A stretch of 64,000 bases of DNA, from positions 28,706,001 to 28,770,000 of the forward strand of contig CM069144.1 in assembly GCA_035221665.1 (NCBI GenBank), read 5' to 3'. A program made the translations under genes and the position numbers. Shown here in pieces: positions 1 through 13,006 of this stretch. Every line of letters starts with the position of its first letter. Position 1 is the first letter of the stretch. Source of the DNA: Okamejei kenojei. Lineage: Eukaryota. Under the pieces are notes generated by a model. The model was not told the origin of the DNA. It did no database searches and saw only the letters and a program-made list of their open reading frames with translations.

Positions 1-787
1 AACCTGAACAGTCACCTATACATGTTCTTCAGCGATGCTTCTTGACCCACTGAGTTACTCCAGCACTTGGTGCCATTCCTGTAAACCAGCATCTGCAATT
101 CCTTGTCTCCCATTTTGATAACTTTGGGGGGGTTTTCCCCCAGAAAGATCAGTAATCATTGTATCCTGTGAGCTCGTTTTAAACAACCTTTAGGACACAG
201 TGAACTTGTTTTTCTTTACTCAGAAATTATTTTAGCAGAGGGTTTTCTAGTTGAACCAGTGCTGGAAGTTGCTGACTATTGAAGGTTTGCTGAATGCCCA
301 GTTTGGGCTTTGCAGTGATCTAGTGATCAGAGATGCTCACAGAGGAATCAACTGATTTGTGATGCTGGGAGCTTAAAGGTTACTTCTCGGTCACATTTTA
401 TACATGTGTCCTTGAGAAGAGTGTCAGGGAGCATTGTGTAATGGCAGTGTGCAAAATACAAGCACTTAATGAGATAACCATGGCAACGTGTGCCTGCACA
501 GCCCATTATCAGCAAGAGGCAGCTCTTTACGGGTGGAGAGATGAGGACGGCAGCAGGACTGGAAGGAAGCTTTAAACTCCACTTCTGAAAAGATACATCA
601 TCTCAAAGGCAATGGTTGCTTCAGAATGTACACGCTGCAAATATCAGCGAGCAGGATGCCTAACTCTCAGCAACCAGCAACCTCACACGCAGGCTTTGCA
701 TCTCTCAGCACTTCCCAACCCACTAATGAACTGACCTGGCAGCAGGATCTAGGTGTCCTTTCGGCTCTCCAATCGATAGTTCTGTTG

Positions 788-1400
788 GTAGACATAAAAT
801 GCTGGAGTTCCTCAGCGGGACAGGCAGCATCTCTGGAGAGAAGGAATGGGTGACGTTTCGGGTCGAGACCTTTCTTCAAACTGACGTTGGGGGAGTGGGT
901 GGGACAGAGATAGAATGTAGTCGGAGGTTAAGGCGGACTGAGCAGAGATGTTCAGCAAAATGATTGCTGAGCCTGCGCTTGGTCTCGCCGATATACAGGA
1001 CACCTGAAACAGTGGAAACAGTAGGTAAGATTGGAGGAGGTGCAAGTGAACCTCTGCATCACCTGGAAAAACTGTTGGGGTCCTTGGATGGAGTCGAGGG
1101 GGGAGGTAAAGAGACAGGTGTTACATCTCCTGCGGTTGCAGGGGAAAGTACCTGGGGAGGGGGTGGTTTGGGTGGGAAGGAACGAGTTGACCAGGGAGCT
1201 TGAGGGAATTGTCTCTGGGGAAAGCAGAAAGGGGTGGAGATGGGAAGATGTGGCCAGTAGTAGGATCCCGTTGGAGGTGGCGAAAATGTTGGAGGATTAT
1301 ATGCTGTATGCGACATCTGAAGATGAGGACAAGGGGGACTCTGTCCTTGTTACGAATGGGAGGAGGGGGAGCAAGAGCGGAGACTGCAGGATATTGAGTT
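788..1400 (-). mobile_element. Penelope-like element fragment (GIY-YIG endonuclease end plus terminal-repeat arm)
   Basis: Minus strand gives FQVMQRFTCTSSNL-Y and (Y)IGETKRRLSNHFAEHL, GIY-YIG motifs typical of Penelope. Adjacent arm reads ..gacgtttcgggtcgagacc.. Confidence 0.8.
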
Positions 1401-2267
1401 AAGCCCGCTGCATATAGTGATGGGAAGCACCAATATGACAGTGGGTCTCCAGGACACAGGGGATTATTCATAACTAATTTCAGGGTATTTCTTTCAGTTG
1501 GGTTTCCAGCGTGTGTTTTACCTCCTGCCTACCCCACTAACCACTGCATTGCAAGGCCTCCACAAGGAAGCCAGCAGTGACAAGAATGTTGAAGCCTGTG
1601 GAAGCAGTGACCTTGAGAGATGTAAAATGGACTATTAGTTCACAATTTCCATTTCAAAATCAGCTCATCTCCCGCCCTCTGGTAAGAAATGGACTAACGA
1701 GTTAATAATACGGCTGCACCGCCAAACCCGTGAGATTCTGGGTGGCTAATCGCTTGGTTGTAAAATATCCCAGGAAGATTATTTTCCCATAGACTGGGCT
1801 AATAGTTAACCCTACATTCTACACAACACATGTACATTAGAGTAGAAACAAGGAACTGCAGATGCTGGTTTATACCAAAGCTAGACACAAAGTGCTGGAG
1901 TAACTCAGCGGGCCAGGCAGCATTTCTCTACAAAGTGAAGTACACAAGTTATGAGTGGAATTAGGTCATTTGGCCCATCGGGTCTGCCATTAATCATGGC
2001 TGATCTCTGCCTCCTAATCCAATTTTCCTGCTTTCTCCCCATTCTTAACATTCACTCAAATCAAGAATTTGTCTATCACTGCCTTAAGCATATCCACTGA
2101 CGTTTCAGATTAAGACCCTTCTTCAGTCGAAAGAAGGGTCCCAGCCGAAAACATCATCCATCCTTTTTCTCCAGAGATGCTGCCTGACCTGTTGACTTGC
2201 TCCAGGGCTTTGTGTCAACCCATGTGGATTATCTGGTAATATGCTGTCTTGCACTACATACTGTGTC

Positions 2268-2648
2268 GTTAGAGTTGCTGCCTTACAGCACCAGAGACCT
2301 GGGTTCAATCCTGAGTACAGGTGCTGTCTGAACGGAGTTTGTACGTTCTCCCTGTAACCACGTGGGTATCCCTTGGGTGCACTGGCTTCCTCCCATATTT
2401 CAAAGAGGACCAGGTTTGTCGGTTACCTATTCCTTCTCTCCATAGATGTTGCCTGTCCCGCTGAGTTACTCCAGCATCTTTGATTTAAACTAGCATCTGC
2501 AGTTCTATTGTACATTGGTGTGTAGGTTAATTGGCTTCTTTAAATTTTCCTAGTGTAGGATAGAACTAGTGTACGGGTGATCATTGGTTGGCACAGAGAC
2601 GGTGGGCTGAAAGCCCCGTTTCCACGCTGTACCTCAAAACTAAACTAA
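2268..2648 (+). mobile_element. HE1-like tRNA-derived V-SINE, interrupted by a Penelope-derived arm (~2424-2512)
   Basis: agagttgctgccttacagc..gggttcaatcc head, ggcttcctccca central core, CR1-like tail ending aaactaaactaa. Confidence 0.8.
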
Positions 2649-2792
2649 CGATTGGTCATTGCCTATCAAGCAGCAGTGGCCATACTTCATGGTGATTTAT
2701 TGACTGCATCTTGTTTTGGTGCGAAAGGCACGGTGGAACTGCTGCAAGCTCCTTCACTTGCTTTCCTTAACTCTTTCTGATTTATTCAAAAG

Positions 2793-2876
2793 GAGCCAGT
2801 GGTGAAGACAAAGTTATCGCCATCATCAAACTCCTCGGCAGTGTTTCAGACCCGCTCCCGTGTGCTGAACATATAA
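2793..2876 (+). CDS. MAP6D1: Last coding exon of MAP6 domain-containing protein 1 (upstream exons lie outside the window)
   Basis: Pyrimidine tract then AAG acceptor, then EPVVKTKLSPSSNSSAVFQTRSRVLNI-stop, resembling the recalled mammalian MAP6D1 C-terminus (..[21 protein letters not shown]). Convergent with YEATS2, as in human. Confidence 0.8.
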   Translation, partial: EPVVKTKLSPSSNSSAVFQTRSRVLNI

Positions 2877-3195
2877 ACCCAGTCCCAGCTACCCCTTCGA
2901 AGGAACCGGTCCCAGTGTTGACGTCGTTCCGGACTCACGGCAGCCGCATTCAATCTGCCAAAACAAACTATGCAAAATAAGCCTCGGGGCAGAGGAACGC
3001 CGGCATTTGAAGTGACCCTCGGCAGGATGTGTGTCTCCAGTTGCCTGATAAATACTTGTCATTGTACAGTAAATGATAAAATGATCGAGACTCAAGCAAA
3101 CCCTATTTAATGTGTGTACGTCTCATCTGCATGTTGTGTAAGGATAGCTTGGCTGATTGCGCACTGAGACATGGACAACAAGCAATAGGTCAGCC

Positions 3196-3201
3196 AATAA
3201 A
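3196..3201 (+). terminator. Candidate polyadenylation signal for MAP6D1
   Basis: AATAAA about 320 nt downstream of the stop codon; other sites are possible. Confidence 0.35.
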
Positions 3202-4029
3202 AGCTGAGAGAAAATGAACATCTTTGTGAGTTTTTCTACCCTGCTGCTGGTACTGCTGCCAGGAGCTATTCCTCTATTTATACCCGGTGGGAGAACCTTT
3301 CAAGTTACCATTCATTAAACAGAAGCAAAACATACACACAGACAGCCCTAACAGAGTCATCACTAATATCACAATATCACTACACTACAGCAACGTCTTT
3401 GCTACAAGGTCTGTACCAGCTCATCGAATATCTTTTCAAAACCAATTTGCAATGGGTAACAAATATTGATCTTGTTTGAGGTACTCTAACTCCATAAACC
3501 TAGAATTGTTGACCCACAGGAGGAAGCCCTTAGAAATCAGGTTGGTTTACGCAGATCGATCTATTCATCCCCATTCATCTGCTCTCTTCTCGTAGCTCTG
3601 CACGTTATTTGCCATGTGTCTGTTTAGTTTACTTTTGAAACCCCTTAATGGTTGTTCATGCCCACTTTACAGGTGGTCAGTTCCTGTTCATAACCACTCT
3701 CTACAAAATAAAAATACTTCTCAGGTCCCCATATTTCTCTTGCCCTTCATGTGGGTCCCTGCACCATCTGCTAGTGGGAACACCTTCCCTTCATTTAACC
3801 TGATGTTTCCTCTCAGCACAACAGTGCTCCAAGAACACCAGCTTCTCCAGTCCAGCCATACAGATGAAAGCAGCCATCCCTGGAAACATCTTCTGTATTC
3901 TCTCTCAGATCTTCCAATCCTTTTGGATTCCTTCCAACCAGCGCGCCTAGCATCACGTTGAAGGAGGGAGTTTACAAAGCCAGTGCAAGGTAAGGAAAAG
4001 TGATTTGTTATTGTTTTCCTACCAGCAGG

Positions 4030-5800
4030 CCTGGCGACGTGGAGCAGAATATAAAAGGGAGGCCAGCTCTAGTTGGAGTGGCTATGATGCTGAAAGCTGT
4101 TTGAGGTTGAAATGCTGAGCTTGAGATCGAAGTTCAGGGGCTTTAACGAGGGTGGTGTCGGCACATCGAGGTAAGATCTTTTTTTTAAACCCAGTAGAAG
4201 CTCGAAGGATAGGAATGGCAGTCAGCAGAGTGGTATACTTCTCCTGTGAAGTTGAAAGATTATTGCCACATGCACCAGTACAGTGCTATGAAAAACACAC
4301 ATAGGGCACATAAACACAGACAAATTAAAAAACCCCACAAACTCTACATAAATTACAAAACACAATTTTAATAAAAGACTGTGCAAAAAAAGACATTACT
4401 GCACAAATATATTTAGGAAAGAAATAATGTTAGTATAAGAGGAGAGTTGCTGTGTTCCGTTGTTGAGGTAGGGGTAGGGTTAGAGTTGTGCGAGTTGCTG
4501 CAAGAACCTGAAGCAGAGGCTGTGGGATTTCAGGCTTCTGCACCTCCTGCCACGATGGTTGCAGTGAGAAGAGGGCACGGCCCAGATGGTGGGGATCCTT
4601 GATGATAGATGCCACTTTCTAGAGGCAGCACCTTATATGCTTTCTCTGTGTCCGTGATGGAACATGCCGAGTACACCACTCTCCGCAACCTCTGTGCATT
4701 GGAAATTGCCGTACCAGGCCATAATGCAACTAGTCAGGATATCTCATGCAGAACATTTGCATAGTTTGTTAATATTCAGGGACATTCTGAATCTCTTTAA
4801 ACTTGTAAGAACACTGCCTTCATGATTGCATCGATGTGCATAACATCTGAGCTGTTAACACCCTGGACTTTGAAGCTGCTAACTCTCCGCCACTGACCCA
4901 CCAATAACCACTGGTTTAGGGTCTCCCAATTTCCCCTTTCAAAAGCCAACAATCATATATCCAGGATATCTGAGAAATCTTAAGAAACCAGGAAGACAAA
5001 AACAGGCCATGAAATGACCTTGGCAAAAAGCATTAAGGAGAAGAAACCCTTTTGCAAGTGTATTAGATGCAAGAGGGTAACTAAAGAAGGAATGTCCCTT
5101 CAAGGCAGACGGGTAATTGTGTGGAGCCAGGAGATATGAGCAAGATCATAAATTAACACTTTTCATTGGTATTTTCCAGGGAGAAGGACATGGAGGTTGG
5201 AGAGGTAGAGAGGGGTACACTGATATTCTAGAGCACAGTTGTATCAGGAAGGAGGAAGTGCGAGACATATTGGAGTACATTAGGATGAATAAATCTCCAA
5301 TGCCGGACAGGATCAATTGTGCGATGCTAAGGGAAGTAAGAAAGTTGTTGGGGCTCTAGCAGAGATTTATGCATCTTTGTTACCTTACTGGTGATGTGCC
5401 AGAAGACTGAAGGATAGTTAATGTTGTTCCCTTGTGTGGACGGAACATAAGTGATAGCTTGGATTCTACAGGCAGGTGAGTCTTTCATCTCTGGCAAGGG
5501 AGTTGTTGGAGAAGATTCTGAGGAATGGGATTTATGTTCACTTGGAAAGGCAGGGTATTAGGGAAAGTCAGCACTGTTCTGAGCAGTGAAAATTCTGTCC
5601 TATAAATGTGATTTGAGTATTTTGAGGAGAAAACTAAGCAGGTTGATCAAGGCTCAGTGTAGAATAAGCTACAAAAGAAGACAATGCTAGTGGTGCTAGT
5701 TAGCCGTGTAAGATGGATTGATAGGGCAGATGATTAAAGGCTATTTTCTCTAACTGAAGAGTCTAGAAATGGTGGGCATAAGTTCAGGAGGAAATTCGTT
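4030..5800 (+). mobile_element. Old degenerate CR1 LINE pieces, with an opposite-strand LINE-derived insert (~4250-4960)
   Basis: Decayed ORF2 motifs (KSPMPDRI, PEDxRIVNVVPL). Many stops and indels. Confidence 0.55.
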
Positions 5801-6288
5801 CTGCTGTGGCTTCCAAATCTTTACAATTGGACACCCAAACCCCAGGGCAGCAAATACTCACCCATTAACTGAAGTTGGTATATTTACGAATGTTTCATAG
5901 GAATCAATAGAAATATGGATCAGACAGGAAAGAGGATTTGAGGACACAATCGAGCTCAATCTTACTGAGTGGCAGAGCATGCTTGAGCGGCTGTACACCC
6001 CACTCCTGCTGTTTTTATGGAATATCTACAGTAGTAGAAGGTAAGAGATAAAATGACCACAGGGATGAAGGTGCAAGTGAGGAATCGGTGGCTATGAGAA
6101 AAGTAGAGGGACTTCAAATGACACCAGCAGAACCATTATCAGTAACTTCTGTCCAAAACAATGGCAATGGTGTTTACAGACTTTAATGTTTGATGTCAGA
6201 CTTGAATATAAAATCGTGCATTGTGCTAAGTTAAAATATCAGATGCTGTTACTCCAATAACCTTTATTTGAACATTATGGGGGCTGAA

Positions 6289-6329
<41 letters not shown>

Positions 6330-6364
6330 GTATGCGTGTGCACGCACGCGTGTGTGTGTGTGTA
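6289..6364. repeat. G40 homopolymer followed by a (GT)/(GC) microsatellite
   Basis: Seen directly in the sequence. Confidence 0.9.
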
Positions 6365-7009
6365 TAATGTATGTCAGCTCTGTAGTGGGTGCACATAGAC
6401 AATGATAATTCTCGATTTAAAGGACCTGTTCCTGTTCCAAATTTGTTGCAAATTGGAAGGGGCCAGATACTGAAGGGCGTACATTTCATTTGATCACATT
6501 GGTTCTCGCCAGTGCAGTGATTTTATAACACATTAAGTTGAAAGTTCAAGTATAACCAGTGTTTGTTGCCCATCCCTCACTACCCTTCAATGGTGCTATT
6601 GAGCGACCTGCTTGAATAGCTGGAGTACAGGCTTTGAGAGAAGAAAATAAAATGATTTGTTGTTCTTATTGTACACTTTAATTCTTCTCGAATAGAGTTG
6701 TTGAATAACATTGTATTTAGCTTGTAGCTTGAGTAGTGAGAAAAGCTGTTAGCTCTTGCTGTTGTACTGCATCTCATTGGTGCCAGGGACGCTTTTGAAA
6801 ACCTAAGATATTTGAACTTTTAATCCAAAACATTGCAATCGAACGAGATTACCAGGAAAATCCAGAAGCAAGATAAAACCACAACAGATGGGAATGGAGT
6901 GCATGACTGTTCGGCTCTGAAGGAAGCTCCATTCAGTTAAATTACTCAGTCTGATTTGGCAAGGATTGTTAACCTTCTGTGGGTCACAGTACCTCCTGGA
7001 CCAGGAAGT

Positions 7010-7470
7010 TCCTTTAGAAAGGAGATGAGGAGCAATTTCTTTAGCCAGAGGGTGGTGCATCTGTGGAATTCACTGCCAATGACGGCTGTGGAGGGCAAGC
7101 CTTTGGATAATTTTAAACATAGAAACATAGAAAATAGGTGCAGGAGTGGGCCATTTGGCCCTTCGAGCCTGAACCGCCATTCAATATGATCATGGCCCAA
7201 CTCAGTATCCTGTACCTGCCTTCTCTCCATACCCCCTGATCCCTTTAGCCACAAGGGCCACATCTAACTCCCTCTTAAATATAGCCAATGAACTAGCCTA
7301 AACTACCTTAAGGCGGAGATTTTTACTGATACTTGATTGGTAAGGGTGTCAAGGGTTATGGGGAGAAGGTAAGAGAATGGGGTTGAGAGGGAACGATAGA
7401 TCAGCCATGATTGAATGGCAGAGTAGACTCGATGGGCCAATTGGCCTACTTCAGCTCCTATGATATGAGC
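7010..7470 (+). mobile_element. CR1 3' fragment with a nested minus-strand CR1 3' end (~7116-7310)
   Basis: EMRSNFFSQRVVHLWNSLP CR1 C-terminus, interrupted by a catagaaacatagaaa tail. Confidence 0.8.
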
Positions 7471-7829
7471 TTAGGACCAAGGAAGAGGGAGCAAGTAAAA
7501 CAGCCATTGTTCTTAATCCTGATTTGGTATCCAGTTTCCAACTGGAAGTGCAATTATAAGAAAGGCTGATGTAGATTGGACAACACTGAGATTACTGTTC
7601 CTTTGATAATGATAATTCTCAGTTTTACAGACCTGCTCCTGTTCCAAACAGAACAGACAAAAGCACATGACTGATTTTATACAAATTTATACACTGAAAG
7701 CACTGGTGAATGGAATAGGATGTGAATGGAACAGGCGATCGAGGATGTGCAAAAAGGATTAACTAGATACCAGGCTACAGGCATTCAGAGCAACAGTGAA
7801 TGACTATAGAACCAGAATCAATTATTGTT

Positions 7830-10340
7830 ATAGAAACATAGAAACATAGAAATTAGGTGCAGGTGCAGGCCATTCGGCCCTTCGAGCCTGCACCGCCATT
7901 CAATATGATCATGGCTGATCATCCAACTCAGTATCCTGTACCTGCCTTCTCTCCATACCCCCTGATCCCTTCAGCCACAAGGGCCACATCCAACTCCCTC
8001 TTAAATATGGCCAACGAACTGGCCTCAACTACCTTCTGTGGCAGAGAATTCCACAGATTCACCACTCTCTGTGTGAAAAACGATTTTCTCATCTCGGTCC
8101 TAAAAGACTTCCCCCTTATCGTTAAACTGTGACCCCTTGTCCTGGACTTCCCATCGGGAACAATCTTCCTGCATTTGCCTGTCCAACCCCTTAAGAATTT
8201 TGTAAGTCTCTATGAAGACACCCCTCAATCTTCTAAATTCCAGCGAGTACAAGCCAAGTCTATCCAGTTTCTTCATATGGAAGTCGTTGCCATCCCAGGA
8301 ATCAGTCTGGTGAACCTTCTCCGTACTCTCTCAATGGCAAGAATGTCTTTCCTCAGATTAGGAGACCAAAACTGTACGCAATACTCCAGGTGTGGCCTCA
8401 CCAAGACCCTGTACAACTGCAGTAGAACCTCCCTGCTCTTGTTCTCAAATCCTTTTGCTATGAATGCCAACATACCATTCGTTTTCTTCACAGCCTGCTG
8501 CACCTGCATGCCTACTTTCAATGACTGGTGTACCATGACATCCAGATCTCGCTGCATCTCCCCTTTTCCTAATCGGTCACCATTCAAATAATAGTCTACC
8601 TTCCTGTTTTTGCCACCAAAGTGGATAACCTCACATTTATCCACATTATACTGCATCTGCCATGCATTTGCCCACTCACCCAGTCTATCCAAGTCATCCT
8701 GCAACCTCCTAGCATCCTCCTCACAGCTAACACTGCCCCCCAGCTTCGTGTCATCCGCAAACTTCGATATGTTGCATTTAATTCCCTTGTCCAAATCATT
8801 AATGTATATTGTAAATAGCTGGGGTCCCAGCACTGAGCCTTGCGGCACCCCACTAGTCACTGTCTGCCATCCTGAAAAGGACCATTCACTCCTACTCTTT
8901 GCTTCCTGTCTGCCAGCCAGTTCTCTATCCACATCAAAACTGAACCACCAATACCGTGTGCTTTAAGTTTGTATACCAATCTCTTGCGTGGGACCTTGTC
9001 GAAAGCCTTCTGAAAGTCCAGATATAACACATCCACTGCTTCTCCCTTATCTACTAGTTACATCCTCAAAAAATTCAAAAATATTATTACAAAAAAAAAA
9101 TTCTATAAGATTCATCAGACATGATTTACCCTTCGTAAATCCATGCTGAGTTTGTCCAATGATTTCACCACTTTCCAAATGCGCTGCTATCCCACTTTAA
9201 TAATTGACTCAGCAATTTCCCCACTACCGATGTTAGACTAACTGGTCTGTAATTCCCCGTTTTCTCTCTCCCTCCCTTTTTAAAAAGTGGGGTTACATTA
9301 GTTACCTCCAATCCTCAGGAACTACTCCAGAATCTAAAGAGTTTTGATAAAATTATCACTAAGGCATCCACTATTTCTGGGGCTACTTCCTTAAGTACCC
9401 TGGGATGCAGCTTATCTGGCCCTGGGGATTTATCGGCCTTTAATCCATTCAACCTAACCAACTTCCGGCTAACCTGGATTTCACTCATTTCCTCCATCTC
9501 ATTTGACCCGCGATCCCCTGCTATTTCCGGCAAATTATTTATGTCTTCCTTAGTGAAGACAGAACCAAAGTAGTTATTCAATTGGTCTGCCATTCCTTGT
9601 TCCCCATGATCAATTCACCCGTTTCTGACTGCCAAGGGACCTACATTTGTTTTAACTAATCTTTTGCACTTCACAGATCGATAAAAACTTTTGCAGTCAG
9701 TTTTTATGTTTCCTGCCAGTTTTCTTTCATATTCCATTTTCCCTTTCCTAATTAAGCCCTTTGTTCTCCTCTGTTGGTCTCTGAATTTCTCCCAGTCCCT
9801 GGTAAGGCTGCTTTTTCTGGCTAATTTGTACGCTTCATATTTTCTTTGATACTATCCCTGATTTCCCTCGTTATTCACGCATGCGCCACCTTCCCTGATT
9901 TATTCTTTTGCCATACTAGGATGAACAATTGTTGTAGTTCATCCATGCAGTTTTTAAATGCCTTCCATTGCATATCCACCGTCAACCCTTCAAGAATCAA
10001 TTGCCAGTCCATCTTGGCCAATTCACGTCTCATACCTCAAAGTTACCTTTCTTTAAGTTCAGGGCCCATGTTTCTGAATTAACAATGTCACTCTCCATCC
10101 TAATGAAGAACTCAACCATATTATGGTCACTTTTGCCCAAGGGGCACGTACAACAAGGCTGCTAACTAACCCTTCCTCATTACTCAATATCCAGTTAGAA
10201 TAGCCTGCTCTCTCGTTGGTTCCTCCAAATGTTGGTTTAGAAAACTATCCCGCATACATTCCAAGAAATCCTCTTCCTCAGCACCCCTGCCAATTTGATT
10301 CACCCAATCTATATGTAGATTGAAGTCACCCATTATAACG
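7830..10340 (-). mobile_element. 5'-truncated CR1 (HER1-like) LINE, ~2.5 kb
   Basis: RT motifs GVPQGSVLGP, FADD, RPHLEYCVQFWSP; endonuclease GDFNL near the 5' end; (TTTCTATG)n tail; frameshifts. Confidence 0.93.
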
Positions 10341-10926
10341 GTGAGGGAGAACTCTGAAAGGGGAAAGGGTAAAGTGTTAGTAACCGTAGTAACCCTTCTC
10401 CTTGGCCCGTCCATCAGGGTTGAGAATATCTCATTTCCACTCCATTTCTGTGGGCTCTAAGCAAATTGATGAGGTTCAAGTGGGGCTGGAAGAATTTGAG
10501 GGGTTGCTGGTGATGACTGGACTTGTGTGTGCTTCCTGTACAAAGATTAATGGTCCTTGATGCCAAGCTGAATGCTGCGGCTTCACATTGAGCAGTCATG
10601 GGCCAGGGCTTCCCTAGATTCAGAGCAGATGTTGCATTTCCCAAGGAGATTTGAAAACAATCTTGATTCTTTTAGTTTCTTATATTTTCTCATAGTACAT
10701 AAGGCCATTCATCACATCGAGTCTATGCTAGCTCACAGAACACACCCATCAGTCCCATTCCCCACACATCACTCTGCAAGCTATAATCTTCCTGCCTGGT
10801 AACATATTATTGTGGGAGAGTAGAGCATCAGTTGAGGCATTCTGGTATCAGGGATGCAAACAGCATGGGTAACTCACTGGTGCCGATTGACTAATTACAG
10901 CATCAATGTTGGAATGTAGGATGTGT

Positions 10927-11470
10927 TCAGGGCCTAGTGAGACCACACCTGGAGTATTGTGTGCAGTTTTGGTCTCCAAATTCGAGGAAGGACATTCTTG
11001 CCATTGAGGAAGTGCAGCGTAGGTTCATGAGGTTAACTCCCGCGATGGCGGGATTGTTGTATGTTGATAGAATAGAGCGGCTGGGCTTGTATACTCTGGA
11101 ATTTAGAAGGAAGAGAGGGGATCTTATTGAAACAAAAGGGATTGGACACACTAGAGGCAGGAAACATGTTCCCGATGTTGGGGGAGTCCAGAACCAGGGG
11201 CCACAGTCTCATAATAAAGGGTAGACAATTTAGAACGGAGATGAGGAAACACTTTTCACCCAGAGAGTTGTGAACCTGTGGAATTCTCTGCCTCAGAAGG
11301 TCAATTCTCTGGATGCTTTCAAGAGAGTTAGAAAGAGCTCTTAAAGAAAGCAGAGTCAGGGAATGTGGTGAGAAGGCAGGAACGGGGTACCGAATGGGGA
11401 TGATCAGCCATGATCACAGTGAATGGCAGTGCTGGCTCGAAGGGCCGAATTGCACCCATTGTCTATTGAA
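10927..11470 (+). mobile_element. CR1 3' fragment
   Basis: RPHLEYCVQFWSPNSRKDILAIEEVQRRF followed by a CR1 3' UTR. Confidence 0.88.
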
Positions 11471-11569
11471 CCTGGCTGGGTGAGGAGGATGAACATAATT
11501 CTCTGCCAGGATAAGGATTTTCCCGAGGCAGCATTTGTGATACCACTCCAGTGTTTGGCCTGATAATAA

Positions 11570-12110
11570 TCCTTTAGCACAGCGCACTTTATCAATGAAC
11601 ATCTAACAAATGCATTGTCATCCACAAACAAACAGCATATCAATAAGCAGACTAAAATAATGTACCATGAAGAAGCAGAGAGCCCTGCAAGGAAACGGAT
11701 AGTGCATTGCACCGTCAATAAAACTAAAAAGCTCCCACCCAGCTTCAGAGACAAGCGACCAACGATATACAGACACACAATGTAATGACAAAAAATATAA
11801 CAGTGCTTCCCGTGAATAAATCACAGCACAGCATTCCATTAATGAATAGGACAATGCACCACTATGCACCATCAATAAAAAGAAGCAAACGTCTCTCCCG
11901 GTATATTCATTGCAAAACGCTGCAACCATAAATGGCACAATGCACCAGCAGTAGAACAGTCAGCTTGTTATAAATAGGCAACATAATGCACCATCAACAA
12001 ACAGGCAAATTAATGCAACATCAGTTTAAAAAAAAACACTGCACAATACTTTCAGCAAACAGAAGGTACTCTACATCAAATGAACAAGCAGCACAACAGA
12101 GACACCATGT
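11570..12110. repeat. Degenerate minisatellite, roughly 27-30-nt unit (core AATGCACCATCAATAAA)
   Basis: Recurring tgcaccatcaataaa, tgcaccgtcaataaa, tgcaccatcaacaaa and tgcaacatcag. Confidence 0.6.
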
Positions 12111-12737
12111 CAATCCAGAATAATTATTCTCAAAGCATCATTAGCAGAGCCTCAAACGAGGTAACAGTAATAGTAGTGCCTATGCTACTGATGCCTGAGA
12201 GGCAGGAAACAATCTGAGACGGTGGACTTTAAAACATTTAAAATAAAATCTGCACCTCAGACTACAGAGTCTCCTATTATTGCTGCATGCTGAAAGGTAA
12301 ATGGTTTCTGTAATTAAATACTATGTAAAGTGCTCTCTGGGTACTAGTGGGGTGATTGGAATGGAATTGGGAGTAAAAGGGGTTATTACTTTCCAAATGC
12401 AGGAGGGTAAATAACACCTGAAACAGAGAAGGGTTGGGTGGTTTTGGCTGTGTTTGGGGAGGGTAATGTTACTGAGGAGGACCCGGAAGGCAGATAATGC
12501 CTTGGATAATGGAGGGTAGGAAAGAATGGTGCCCTATCTAGGGGGATAATGCAGTGCAAATGATTTCTGATGTACTGGAGGCACAAGAGAGGTCAGACAC
12601 TTGGCAATGCCACTAACATGCTGGACGACAGATGTGACATAGGCTGAGAACATTTTTACTGAAGAGAACATTACTTCTGACCTATTGAAGGTTGAGTCAA
12701 GAGATGCTCAGATCCTTGAATGGGTAATGTTGCCAAG

Positions 12738-13006
12738 TTTAGTTTTGAGATACAACATGGAAACAGGCCCTTTGGCCCACCGAGTCCACTCTGACTATCA
12801 ATCGTGCGTTCTCACTAGTTCTATGTTATCCCACTTGTGCATTCATTCCCTACACACAAGGGGCAATTTACAGAGGCCACTTAACCTACATACCCACTTT
12901 GAGATGTGTGAGGAAACCGGAGTGCCTGGAAGAAACCCATGTGGTCACAGGGGAAATGTGTAAAGTACACAATGGCAGCATGTGAGGTAAGGATCGAACC
13001 TGGGTC
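12738..13006 (-). mobile_element. HE1-like V-SINE
   Basis: Reverse complement of the same SINE family as 2268-2648. Confidence 0.8.

Noticed and set aside
2268-2320. tRNA-like A/B boxes
   Set aside because: These are SINE heads with no complete cloverleaf, so no tRNA gene is called.
6226-6489. Poly-proline ORF
   Set aside because: Translation of the poly-G/(GT)n tract.
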